A stretch of 56,378 nucleotides of DNA from positions 1 to 56,378 of IMG/VR virus record IMGVR_UViG_3300027816_000119; one strand, written 5' to 3'. This DNA is from a virus (Duplodnaviria > Caudoviricetes). The first letter of the stretch is position 1. The number at the start of each line of letters is the position of its first letter. The notes beneath the pieces were generated by a model that saw only the letters and a program-made list of their open reading frames with translations, was not told the origin of the DNA and searched no databases. The position numbers and the translations under genes were made by a program. Shown here piece by piece: positions 48,914 to 56,378 of this stretch.

Positions 48914-51591
48914 TATGCTGTTATTATATTACGTTTAGTCATTGTACAACCATAGTCTTTATAAGAAACTGCACCAGTTGAGGTTGTTGAGTTACCCATC
49001 CATGCTACAGGAAAATAATTTACTCCTGTATTATAGTCAGATGTGATTGTTGTTGAAAATATAGTTGTTGCACCAGTACTGTTTGTTATTTGAGTTAACT
49101 CAATTGTTACTGATGCAACACCAAAAGTTTTAAATATTCTCAAAGTGTATGTAAATGAATTACTAATTCCAGTAAATCCTGTATCTAAACTTGATGCTGT
49201 ACCAGTTGCATCATTCCACATTAAAAATAAATTATTACTAGTTGATGTTTTACACACACCAATACTATTAATTTGAGAAATAGGATCTATATTAGTAGGT
49301 GTAGCAGCACTATATAAAGATGATATTCCAATAAATAGTCTTTGAGCTGGATTTGCTGTATTTATTCTAAACCTTCTATATGTTTCAAATTGAAAATTTA
49401 CTCCTAAAATACTTCCTCCAAATGTATTTCCAAATAGTGCAGCTACAGAACTAACAGCAGTAGGTGTAGTAAATAATACACCCATTGGATTTTCTGTAAG
49501 AGAAGATGTTGTACCAACAGATGTTAAACTACCACCAGCTCTTAGAGTATCAAACAATGCTGAGTTATCAGATGGTAAAAAATAAGAATATTGATTTACC
49601 ATAAACTGATCAAAGAAAGACTTAGTAGTAACAGGAAAAGTCCATTCTACAGTTCCTGCACCGTTAGTAATTAATGTTTGACCTACTAAACCATCACCTA
49701 ATGGAAATTCAAAACTATTATTAAATATAACATTTCCATTTCTGTTAATACCAAATCTTTGAGTTCCTGTAAAAGTATCTTCAATTTTAAAAATTCTAGT
49801 AAGAAGAGAACCAGACATTCCATTGGTATCAACATTAATTGTATATCCGTTTATACCACCACCAGGTACTAAATTTACTCCAAATAATCTTAATGCATCA
49901 AAAAGAAGATCAAAGTTCCCTCCTGTTAAAGTTCTATTTGCTGTTAATGCACCATCTGAATTATAAATATTAGCTGCTGTAGCTGAATCAATTTTAACAT
50001 CAATCCTATTGTTTGCTATATCTTGTGTAACAACTGCTGTTGTATTTGTACCATCAATAAAGTTAAGTTTTGCTGTTGGACCAACAACTACTCCACTATC
50101 TAATATATCTATAGTAGCTACTGATGTTTGTCCTCCATATCCTGATTGGAACTTGATATCATCAAATGCAAATACATCGCGACCTACACCAAATGTATTA
50201 AGTGTAGCACCAGTAAACCAAAACTCAACTCTTGTTATATTTAACTGAGCTGGATTTCCAAATACTGATACTGGTATTACTACTAATTGCCAAGATCCAG
50301 CAGATGATGGATTAAATCCATAAGATGAAGCATATGTTAAACCAATATAACTGGTTCCATTAAATAATCTAACAATTATATTTCTTGAAGGTAATGCTAC
50401 AGGTAAATTAACTCTAAATGATAAAAATGGAAAAGCTGCTCTTGATATTGAACCGCTTGGTTTTGTTAAATAGATATACTTACTTGCATATGTTGGTGCT
50501 TTTACTGAAGCACATGTTAGACCTAAAAATGGAACTGGTGACGTACTTGAATAATCTACTTGAAGTGGGTAAGTTCCACCACCAGCCACAAAAAGTTGAG
50601 TCCAGTCAGGAGTTGCTCCTTCTCTATAAACAAACTCATTTGTTATTGAAGGTGTAGTAGCTCCAGCTGCAACAAGTACATATTGTACTAATACCTGTGT
50701 ACCTGGTATACTTGGTACAATTGGATTAGCAGAAGGTGCTCCTGTAATTACAGAAACAGTTCCAGTAGCATCAACAACAATAGCATCAAATCTTGGATTA
50801 CTAGGATCTCCTGCAGCTAATGTAACATTTTGTGGAGCAGAAGAATAATAATCTCCATCAATAGTATATGTAAGAGCTGATACATTAAATATCATTCCTG
50901 TATCTGACCAAGATGCACCACCACTTAAAAGTTGTGTACCACCACTTGAAACTCCAGGTATTGGTTTAGATTCCCATAATCCAGTAACTGAATTAAAAGT
51001 AAGCACATCAGCATTTTGAGGAGGAGTTGAAATTAAATCAACATCGTGAATCTCTTTAAGTTCAAAACCATTTTGTACTTTGACAAAAATTTCTCCTACT
51101 GTTGGATTAGATTCTACAACAATACCAAGAAATACAAGATGATTTGGTGCATATGGTTTATTAGCAAGACCATAGATCAAATTACCATCATCTCCTAACC
51201 ATACAGGATCACCTGCTCCAGCAGCACTTGTATCTAATGGAGCTGAACCAGTACCTTTTAAAATACCATTTGCAATAACTTGTCCGAATGCATTATCTGC
51301 ACCTGAAGCAACAAGAAGACCTAATGTCTTAGATGATGTTGCTTCTGTTGAATAATCTGCTTTACTAACAAGTATATTAGTACCATTTGCTCCACTGACA
51401 TAAACTGCTTGACCTTTATTAATACCACCAATTTGACTGATTTTTACATTAAAAATTAATCTTTCTGCATCACCAGTACCAGCTAAAATATCAGCCATTG
51501 TGGCAAAGACATTTGCACTTGAAGGGTTATTAGCACCAACTGCTGCTTGGTATTCATCATTTGGTAAGTCTCTATTTATAAATGTGCTCAT
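48913..51591 (-). CDS. Tail fibre/spike-like protein with carbohydrate-binding-like domain
   Basis: G/S/T-rich; GQAVYVSG..GDPVWL, NPRFDAIVV, WQLVVIPVSVF..FDDIKF. Confidence 0.65.
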   Translation of the reverse strand: MSTFINRDLPNDEYQAAVGANNPSSANVFATMADILAGTGDAERLIFNVKISQIGGINKGQAVYVSGANGTNILVSKADYSTEATSSKTLGLLVASGADNAFGQVIANGILKGTGSAPLDTSAAGAGDPVWLGDDGNLIYGLANKPYAPNHLVFLGIVVESNPTVGEIFVKVQNGFELKEIHDVDLISTPPQNADVLTFNSVTGLWESKPIPGVSSGGTQLLSGGASWSDTGMIFNVSALTYTIDGDYYSSAPQNVTLAAGDPSNPRFDAIVVDATGTVSVITGAPSANPIVPSIPGTQVLVQYVLVAAGATTPSITNEFVYREGATPDWTQLFVAGGGTYPLQVDYSSTSPVPFLGLTCASVKAPTYASKYIYLTKPSGSISRAAFPFLSFRVNLPVALPSRNIIVRLFNGTSYIGLTYASSYGFNPSSAGSWQLVVIPVSVFGNPAQLNITRVEFWFTGATLNTFGVGRDVFAFDDIKFQSGYGGQTSVATIDILDSGVVVGPTAKLNFIDGTNTTAVVTQDIANNRIDVKIDSATAANIYNSDGALTANRTLTGGNFDLLFDALRLFGVNLVPGGGINGYTINVDTNGMSGSLLTRIFKIEDTFTGTQRFGINRNGNVIFNNSFEFPLGDGLVGQTLITNGAGTVEWTFPVTTKSFFDQFMVNQYSYFLPSDNSALFDTLRAGGSLTSVGTTSSLTENPMGVLFTTPTAVSSVAALFGNTFGGSILGVNFQFETYRRFRINTANPAQRLFIGISSLYSAATPTNIDPISQINSIGVCKTSTSNNLFLMWNDATGTASSLDTGFTGISNSFTYTLRIFKTFGVASVTIELTQITNSTGATTIFSTTITSDYNTGVNYFPVAWMGNSTTSTGAVSYKDYGCTMTKRNIITA

Positions 51592-51594
51592 TTC

Positions 51595-53121
51595 TTAAGA
51601 GTTATATGTTACTATTAATGAACCTGAAGGATCTACAGTAACTGTATCATAATAAAAAGTATTTGCTGGATATTGATTATTAATACCACCAGCATCCATA
51701 CTAATAGATGTTCCAGCAGGAATGTTTACATATGTACCTACACCTCCACCACTAAACGATACTAATACATCTACAGAACCATTATTAAAAAATGTTACTG
51801 AGTATATTGCTATTGCAATGGGTGTAGCAGCATCTCCACTTGATATTTGAATGTTTGGAGTAATTGTAGTTATTGGTTGTACAGCAGTCTTAATATCTGC
51901 TAAATTATTGGCTTGATCAGTACATAAAGCTACACTAACTGATGTAGTACATGCTTGACTACCTATTGGACCTACAATAGTAGCATTTGTAGTAACATGT
52001 CCATTACTATCTACTTCAACTGCATTCCAGTTAACACCATCTTCTGTTCCAAATATTCCTACACCATCAGTATTAGCTGCTAATGTTCCTTGTACAGCAG
52101 TTTTTATGTCTGTAAGAATATTTTCTTGTGTTTGACATAAAGCTGTAGATATTGCATCTGCACAATTTGCTTGTACTCCTCTAGGTCCTTGAAGATAAAC
52201 ATCTAATGCATTAGCTGTACCTAAACCTGTAAGTGTTACAAATGTTGGTACTCCACTTAATGAATCTATTGCATATAAATTAGAATTGATACTACCATAA
52301 GAATCAATTGCTAATGCATTACCTGCACCATCACATATTGCAACATTATCTGTAGTACAATCTAAACGAGTTGTTAGATTAACATCTAATGCATGAGTTC
52401 CGGGTGATGTTTCAGTTGTAGTTAAAGCTTCATTTACTCCTGAAGTAATATCAAATGCAAACAAAGCTGTATCTAATGCACTTGGTACTGTTACTATTGC
52501 ATTTACAGGAAGTGGATTAGTATCACTTACTTGTGTAGGAGTTCCTGCATTATCAAAACATAATGATACTACATCAGTACACGTCAATGGTCTAATGTTT
52601 ACTGCACCACCAGATGTAACAGATATTGGTTGATTAGCTGCACCATCAAAACCATAAACAAGAATACTATCATTTGCTTGATTAATAAGTACTTCTAATG
52701 GAATTGGATTTACAACATTAACATTAAGAGCACTATTACCTAATATAGTGGTAAATGATGTACCACATACTGTAATTTCATCAGTACATGTTAAAGGTCT
52801 AATGTTAGATGCATCAACATATTCTAAAGTACAACCTGGTGCAGGTACTGGTGCTGGAACCGGTGTGTTACTTCCAGGTACATAATATCTAATTGTTCCC
52901 CAAGTATTTGTAACAGTATCCCATATTCTAACCTCAAGTAAAACTCTTTCAGTTGGAGGTGGTCCAGGACATTTTTCAACCACATAAGCAGTTTCAATGT
53001 CTTCACCGTTGTTATTTAAGGCATTGATGATACCATCAAGTCCTAGTAGGACTTTATATTGCCATGGCCAGTTATTACCTTGTAGGCCACTATTTCTTAA
53101 ATCACCTATACTATTTGACAT
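51595..53121 (-). CDS. Fibre-like structural protein with internal repeats
   Basis: NIRPLTCTD x2, ALDV/ALNV repeats, ALC..L.DIKTAVQ x2. Confidence 0.6.
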   Translation of the reverse strand: MSNSIGDLRNSGLQGNNWPWQYKVLLGLDGIINALNNNGEDIETAYVVEKCPGPPPTERVLLEVRIWDTVTNTWGTIRYYVPGSNTPVPAPVPAPGCTLEYVDASNIRPLTCTDEITVCGTSFTTILGNSALNVNVVNPIPLEVLINQANDSILVYGFDGAANQPISVTSGGAVNIRPLTCTDVVSLCFDNAGTPTQVSDTNPLPVNAIVTVPSALDTALFAFDITSGVNEALTTTETSPGTHALDVNLTTRLDCTTDNVAICDGAGNALAIDSYGSINSNLYAIDSLSGVPTFVTLTGLGTANALDVYLQGPRGVQANCADAISTALCQTQENILTDIKTAVQGTLAANTDGVGIFGTEDGVNWNAVEVDSNGHVTTNATIVGPIGSQACTTSVSVALCTDQANNLADIKTAVQPITTITPNIQISSGDAATPIAIAIYSVTFFNNGSVDVLVSFSGGGVGTYVNIPAGTSISMDAGGINNQYPANTFYYDTVTVDPSGSLIVTYNS

Positions 53122-53134
53122 AGTTTTAATTTTT

Positions 53135-53158
53135 AAAAGTACAGCCCTCTAGGGGCTG
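53135..53158 (-). terminator. Possible terminator hairpin
   Basis: cagccct-ctag-gggctg in intergenic gap. Confidence 0.5.
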
Positions 53159-53171
53159 CACAAATTAATAC

Positions 53172-53525
53172 TTATACAGAAGGATCAGCTTTAAATTGAG
53201 CGTTTTTTTCTGCTTCAAGTTTTTTTAGATATTCAGCTTCTTCTCTTTTAAGTTCTTCTGAATCTACAACATATGGAGGAATCATTTCAATAACAAATTC
53301 TCTTATGTCAGTATTAGGATCATCTATAATTATGAATGTTCCAGCAGGAACTCTATTTGAAATAGCTTCATCTAATGATTCATAAATACCAACACTAATT
53401 AATTTTTGTAATAGGTTAGTTAATTCTCTAGCTTTAACATTTCCGTCATTTAAAGCTAATCTAGACGTTCTATAAACTGCACCAGATACATTGGTTATTG
53501 TTAAGCCACTTGTTAAATCTGCCAT
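53172..53525 (-). CDS. Hypothetical protein
   Basis: 117 aa ORF in operon. Confidence 0.6.
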   Translation of the reverse strand: MADLTSGLTITNVSGAVYRTSRLALNDGNVKARELTNLLQKLISVGIYESLDEAISNRVPAGTFIIIDDPNTDIREFVIEMIPPYVVDSEELKREEAEYLKKLEAEKNAQFKADPSV

Positions 53526-53541
53526 GATTTCTAGGTTTTAA

Positions 53542-53793
53542 TTATTGAACAATCTTTACAAATAAGTCACCACCCGAGTTAGTAACATACCAATCTCCTT
53601 GTTTCAATCCTGCAGCAATTGCAGCAGCATTATTGGCATATACTCTCTGTGTTGCAAGTTTGTAACCCCAATCAAAGAAAAACTTATTTACCGACCTGTT
53701 TAGGTACTGGTACATCTGAGTAAGTTTAGATTTATACTCAGGCATCGTAGATCTAGCATTATCTACATTTTCAAATTCTGGTAAAGCTCCCAT
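53542..53793 (-). CDS. Small putative structural protein
   Basis: YANNAAAIAAGLKQGDWY motif; promoter-like motif upstream. Confidence 0.6.
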   Translation of the reverse strand: MGALPEFENVDNARSTMPEYKSKLTQMYQYLNRSVNKFFFDWGYKLATQRVYANNAAAIAAGLKQGDWYVTNSGGDLFVKIVQ

Positions 53794-53839
53794 GATATAA
53801 AATTTTAATTACACTATAATATACAAAAAATATTTGAAT

Positions 53840-53876
53840 AAAAAAAATCCTCAGATAAATTTCTGAGGATCTTTTT
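53840..53876. terminator. Intrinsic terminator, possibly bidirectional
   Basis: atcctcaga..tctgaggat stem with A-run left and T-run right. Confidence 0.8.
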
Positions 53877-53897
53877 GTTTGATTGGAGAGTTGTATG

Positions 53898-54095
53898 TTA
53901 AAACATTATCCCTAGGAGGAATGATATCAATAGCATAAACACAAGGGTTATGTTAGCATATTTTTTTCCTTCCGGATCTTCTTCCCAGACATTGTGCATT
54001 TTATTATATAAAGGTCTACTCATAGCATTATTAACTAGGAATAAGAATCCTAATACTAATATACCAACTATAAACAATAATCCTTTAAGTATCAT
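53898..54095 (-). CDS. Small two-TM membrane protein
   Basis: Two hydrophobic helices. Confidence 0.65.
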   Translation of the reverse strand: MILKGLLFIVGILVLGFLFLVNNAMSRPLYNKMHNVWEEDPEGKKYANITLVFMLLISFLLGIMF

Positions 54096-54463
54096 AATGA
54101 GTTAATTCTTTTTTGTAAATATACTAAAGCTTTTTTTAAATCTTCCTTTTGGGTTAATTTATTTTTCTTACCAGCTCTAGCTACATACTTAATTACATTA
54201 CCTAGATAGAAATCTTTATCAAGTCCCCAAGCTTCTAATACTTGGAATACTTCATATGTATTATCCTTACCACCATAATAGTCAGGCCTTGGCCCTTCAT
54301 CTAAGTTTACAACTCTTTTCTGCCAGTCTATTTCTGTTGCTAAAGGAGAAGCTGGTCTATTAATATAAGTATCTTTTCCATAAACTCCATCCACCATATC
54401 TTTATATGGAGAGTATGTATCACCTGGACTTGGTTTATATGTGTTATAATTTCTTTCAGCCAT
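54092..54463 (-). CDS. DUF3310 family protein
   Basis: P.YY..E..FYLGNVIKYVARAGKK..EDLKKA..YL. Confidence 0.8.
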   Translation of the reverse strand: MAERNYNTYKPSPGDTYSPYKDMVDGVYGKDTYINRPASPLATEIDWQKRVVNLDEGPRPDYYGGKDNTYEVFQVLEAWGLDKDFYLGNVIKYVARAGKKNKLTQKEDLKKALVYLQKRINSL

Positions 54464-54466
54464 GAC

Positions 54467-54760
54467 TTACCATACTATAATTACATCACCTTCATTAAGA
54501 ACTAACTTGATCTCACCATCAATGTCAATTCTTTCTACTGTCTCCATATTAAGTGCAGAGGTTCTTACATATACTTCATCACCTACAGACACATCTTCTA
54601 CTTTATCTCCTATGGCATAAACACTAAGTCTACTCCATAGCTTAGCAGCTTCTTGCATTATTGCTTGTTCATCTTTAGCAGATAATTCTAGACCTGACTT
54701 TTTTCTTTCAGGTACACTTAGTAGAATAGTTCTACCTCTTAATTGTTTAAATGGTTTCAT
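54467..54760 (-). CDS. groES: GroES-like co-chaperonin
   Basis: 97 aa; KSGLEL mobile loop, VYAIGDKVEDVSVGDEV, LNEGDVI. Confidence 0.7.
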   Translation of the reverse strand: MKPFKQLRGRTILLSVPERKKSGLELSAKDEQAIMQEAAKLWSRLSVYAIGDKVEDVSVGDEVYVRTSALNMETVERIDIDGEIKLVLNEGDVIIVW

Positions 54761-54778
54761 ATTGTTGGTTTTAAAAAT

Positions 54779-55081
54779 TTACGCATCATACTTTTGAGAA
54801 CTTTCTTTCCCCTTAGTTCTAAGATCCTGAATAGGTAGTTCTGGTCTATTCAACAAGTCCAACTTAATCCTTTCAATCAATCCAATAACTGCAAAGTTAT
54901 CATAAGCTTTTTCACTCACATGAACTTCTATCCCATTCTCCGTTTCCATAAGGGACAAAATAACTGTTTCTTCTGACATATTTAATTTTTTAATTAGTTC
55001 ATCATAAATTATCCTAGCCTCTAAGTTAGACTCTGCTTTTTCTGCAACAAGTAGCCATAACTTTTTTTGTTGGTAGGTCAT
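54779..55081 (-). CDS. Hypothetical protein (start likely 55081 or 54979, not 55171)
   Basis: Listed N-extension overlaps a promoter box and terminator hairpin. Confidence 0.55.
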   Translation of the reverse strand: MTYQQKKLWLLVAEKAESNLEARIIYDELIKKLNMSEETVILSLMETENGIEVHVSEKAYDNFAVIGLIERIKLDLLNRPELPIQDLRTKGKESSQKYDA

Positions 55082-55104
55082 CTCATATAATAAACTTAGT
55101 GAGC

Positions 55105-55170
55105 AACAAATATAAAAACTTTTTTTGTTTAAACTAAAAACCCCGGAAAAAAATTCCAGGGTTTCTAGCA
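55105..55170 (-). promoter_or_regulatory. Terminator hairpin followed by Bacteroidota-type -7 box TATATTTG
   Basis: caaatata 55107-55114; hairpin 55135-55168; similar to 55671-55733. Confidence 0.65.
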
Positions 55171-55224
55171 ATCAATCAAGTAAGTTAATTTTTAATTGTA
55201 AAAATGAACACTACAAATATAAAA

Positions 55225-55668
55225 CTATTTTTTAAAAAATCCTTTTTTTGGTTCTTCTTTTTTATTAAATCCTAATTTCTCTATAATCTTATTAGCTTCA
55301 TCTTCAGCAAAGCCAATCACCTCTTCTTCCTTATCAGTAATCTTCCAGTTGTTAAGTAGAATACTCATGTGCATAGTCTCATGCATAACTGCAGTACATT
55401 TCTCAGTCAAGCTATACTTTTTAAATGCACCTAGATTTATAAATAGGAAAGGTTTTAATGGAGCCTTTGCAGTCAACTTCTTATCTGCCGGGTCATAGTT
55501 AGTCCACCCATAAATATAAACCCCATTACCTACAGTCTTATCAACCTCTTCTGCCTTGGCATCCTTTAGATTCAACCCGTGCATCTCATCCACATCATAG
55601 TAATCAAAGATCTCTGTAGCATTATCACCTACTAAGAGAACATACTTATCCATGTCAAACTTTTTCAT
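55225..55668 (-). CDS. Zincin-like metallopeptidase-motif protein
   Basis: HETMH followed by EE. Confidence 0.6.
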   Translation of the reverse strand: MKKFDMDKYVLLVGDNATEIFDYYDVDEMHGLNLKDAKAEEVDKTVGNGVYIYGWTNYDPADKKLTAKAPLKPFLFINLGAFKKYSLTEKCTAVMHETMHMSILLNNWKITDKEEEVIGFAEDEANKIIEKLGFNKKEEPKKGFFKK

Positions 55669-55670
55669 GG

Positions 55671-55733
55671 AACAAATATAAAATTTTTTGGCTAAACTAA
55701 AAAGCCCAAGAATTTTTTCTGGGGCTTTTTAGC
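55671..55733 (-). promoter_or_regulatory. Terminator hairpin followed by TATATTTG -7 box
   Basis: caaatata 55673-55680; ctaaaaagccc...gggctttttag stem. Confidence 0.65.
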
Positions 55734-55849
55734 ATAATTTAAAAAAACATTCTTATGAACAAAGAAGAATCCTAACAAAGGTATACAAAATTTTTTTTCT
55801 ACCAAATTTTTTTTGAACTATATTAGAGGTTGTGATGGGGTATGTACTA

Positions 55850-55960
55850 CAGCCACCCCGGCCCGCAGCTGCAAAGGGGGTACCCCCTGGTCTTTGCAGC
55901 TCTTGCCTTTGCACACATCCACCACACAAAAACTTTTTTTCAGCCAAAAAAAAGTTTTTC
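55850..55960. other. GC-rich palindromic element at strand switch
   Basis: agctgcaaag/ctttgcagct arms around gggggtaccccc; second inverted repeat 55928-55959. Confidence 0.55.
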
Positions 55961-56017
55961 TTACATGCTGTAGCTACCAACCCTAGAATTCCATTGAATC
56001 ATTAAAAATAATTAACA

Positions 56018-56296
56018 ATGGAAACTATTGCAATTTTCGTACAAGAGTACTCAAATCCCAAACAGTCTGACTATGTACGCTGTAAAGTAATAAAGTCTAA
56101 ATCTCCGATTGAGACTTTCTCACTTCACAAAGCATACATAAGCAGCTTTACTGTAAAACTCAAATATGACACAGGGTACATAATTGACTATTACAGTAAA
56201 CCGTCAAAGTGCGGCAAGTTCACCGACCACAAAGTGGCCGCTGTACTTGACACATTGACTAAGCAGGAAGTCAGAGACATGCTCCTAGGATACTAG
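56018..56296 (+). CDS. Hypothetical protein, first gene of divergent arm
   Basis: 92 aa, A-rich leader, followed by hairpin plus T-run. Confidence 0.65.
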   Translation: METIAIFVQEYSNPKQSDYVRCKVIKSKSPIETFSLHKAYISSFTVKLKYDTGYIIDYYSKPSKCGKFTDHKVAAVLDTLTKQEVRDMLLGY

Positions 56297-56300
56297 CGTA

Positions 56301-56325
56301 TCCAAGGGGCATTGCCTCTTTTTTT
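56301..56325 (+). terminator. Intrinsic terminator
   Basis: aaggggca-t-tgcctctt followed by T-run. Confidence 0.55.
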
Positions 56326-56378
56326 CCTGCAACTAAGTTACTAATTAACAAAAGGAACTATTGATAACAAGGGACTAT

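Noticed and set aside
5085-53006. Remaining short + strand ORFs and nested off-frame minus ORFs in the track
   Set aside because: They overlap well-supported genes, have shadow-like composition and no motifs
55753-55980. 75-aa minus-strand ORF
   Set aside because: Spans palindromes and homopolymer tracts; more plausibly non-coding
1-56378. Stop-codon reassignment as in some crAss-like phages
   Set aside because: Genes are long and intact under code 11; TAG ends the portal and TGA ends the amidase with normal coupling
1-56378. CRISPR array, tRNA, rRNA, integrase or transposase
   Set aside because: No regularly spaced repeats, cloverleafs or recombinase motifs recognised by eye

Overview
AT-rich segment of a large lytic dsDNA phage with crAss-like (Crassvirales-type) gene order, most likely infecting a Bacteroidota host: TAnnTTTG promoter boxes and A-rich, SD-less leaders. 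Almost everything from 55668 down to 1 is on the minus strand. In transcription order: accessory genes (zincin, GroES-like, DUF3310), two fibre-like genes, a lysis cassette (holin-like genes, amidase), wHTH/HU/Zn-finger/PD-(D/E)xK genes, terminase, portal, scaffold-like protein, major capsid, eight small Lys-rich proteins, ring/ferritin-like/auxiliary capsid genes, Cys-rich fibre genes, tail ring and muzzle genes, and three giant cargo-type ORFs. The most striking feature is those giant ORFs. They read as polyproteins punctuated by a recurrent (F/Y/M/A)-x-x-G-G motif. A ~250-aa carrier module occurs three times, each followed by a different enzyme domain (kinase, two unrelated ADP-ribosyltransferase-like domains), alongside SET, HAD, CheR-like methyltransferase and degenerate zincin domains. 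Also seen: a 7-copy candidate phage promoter, a repeated leader motif, a DGR-like variable region in a fibre tip, and a GC-rich palindromic element at the strand switch. All family assignments are by eye from motifs and synteny; no searches were run.
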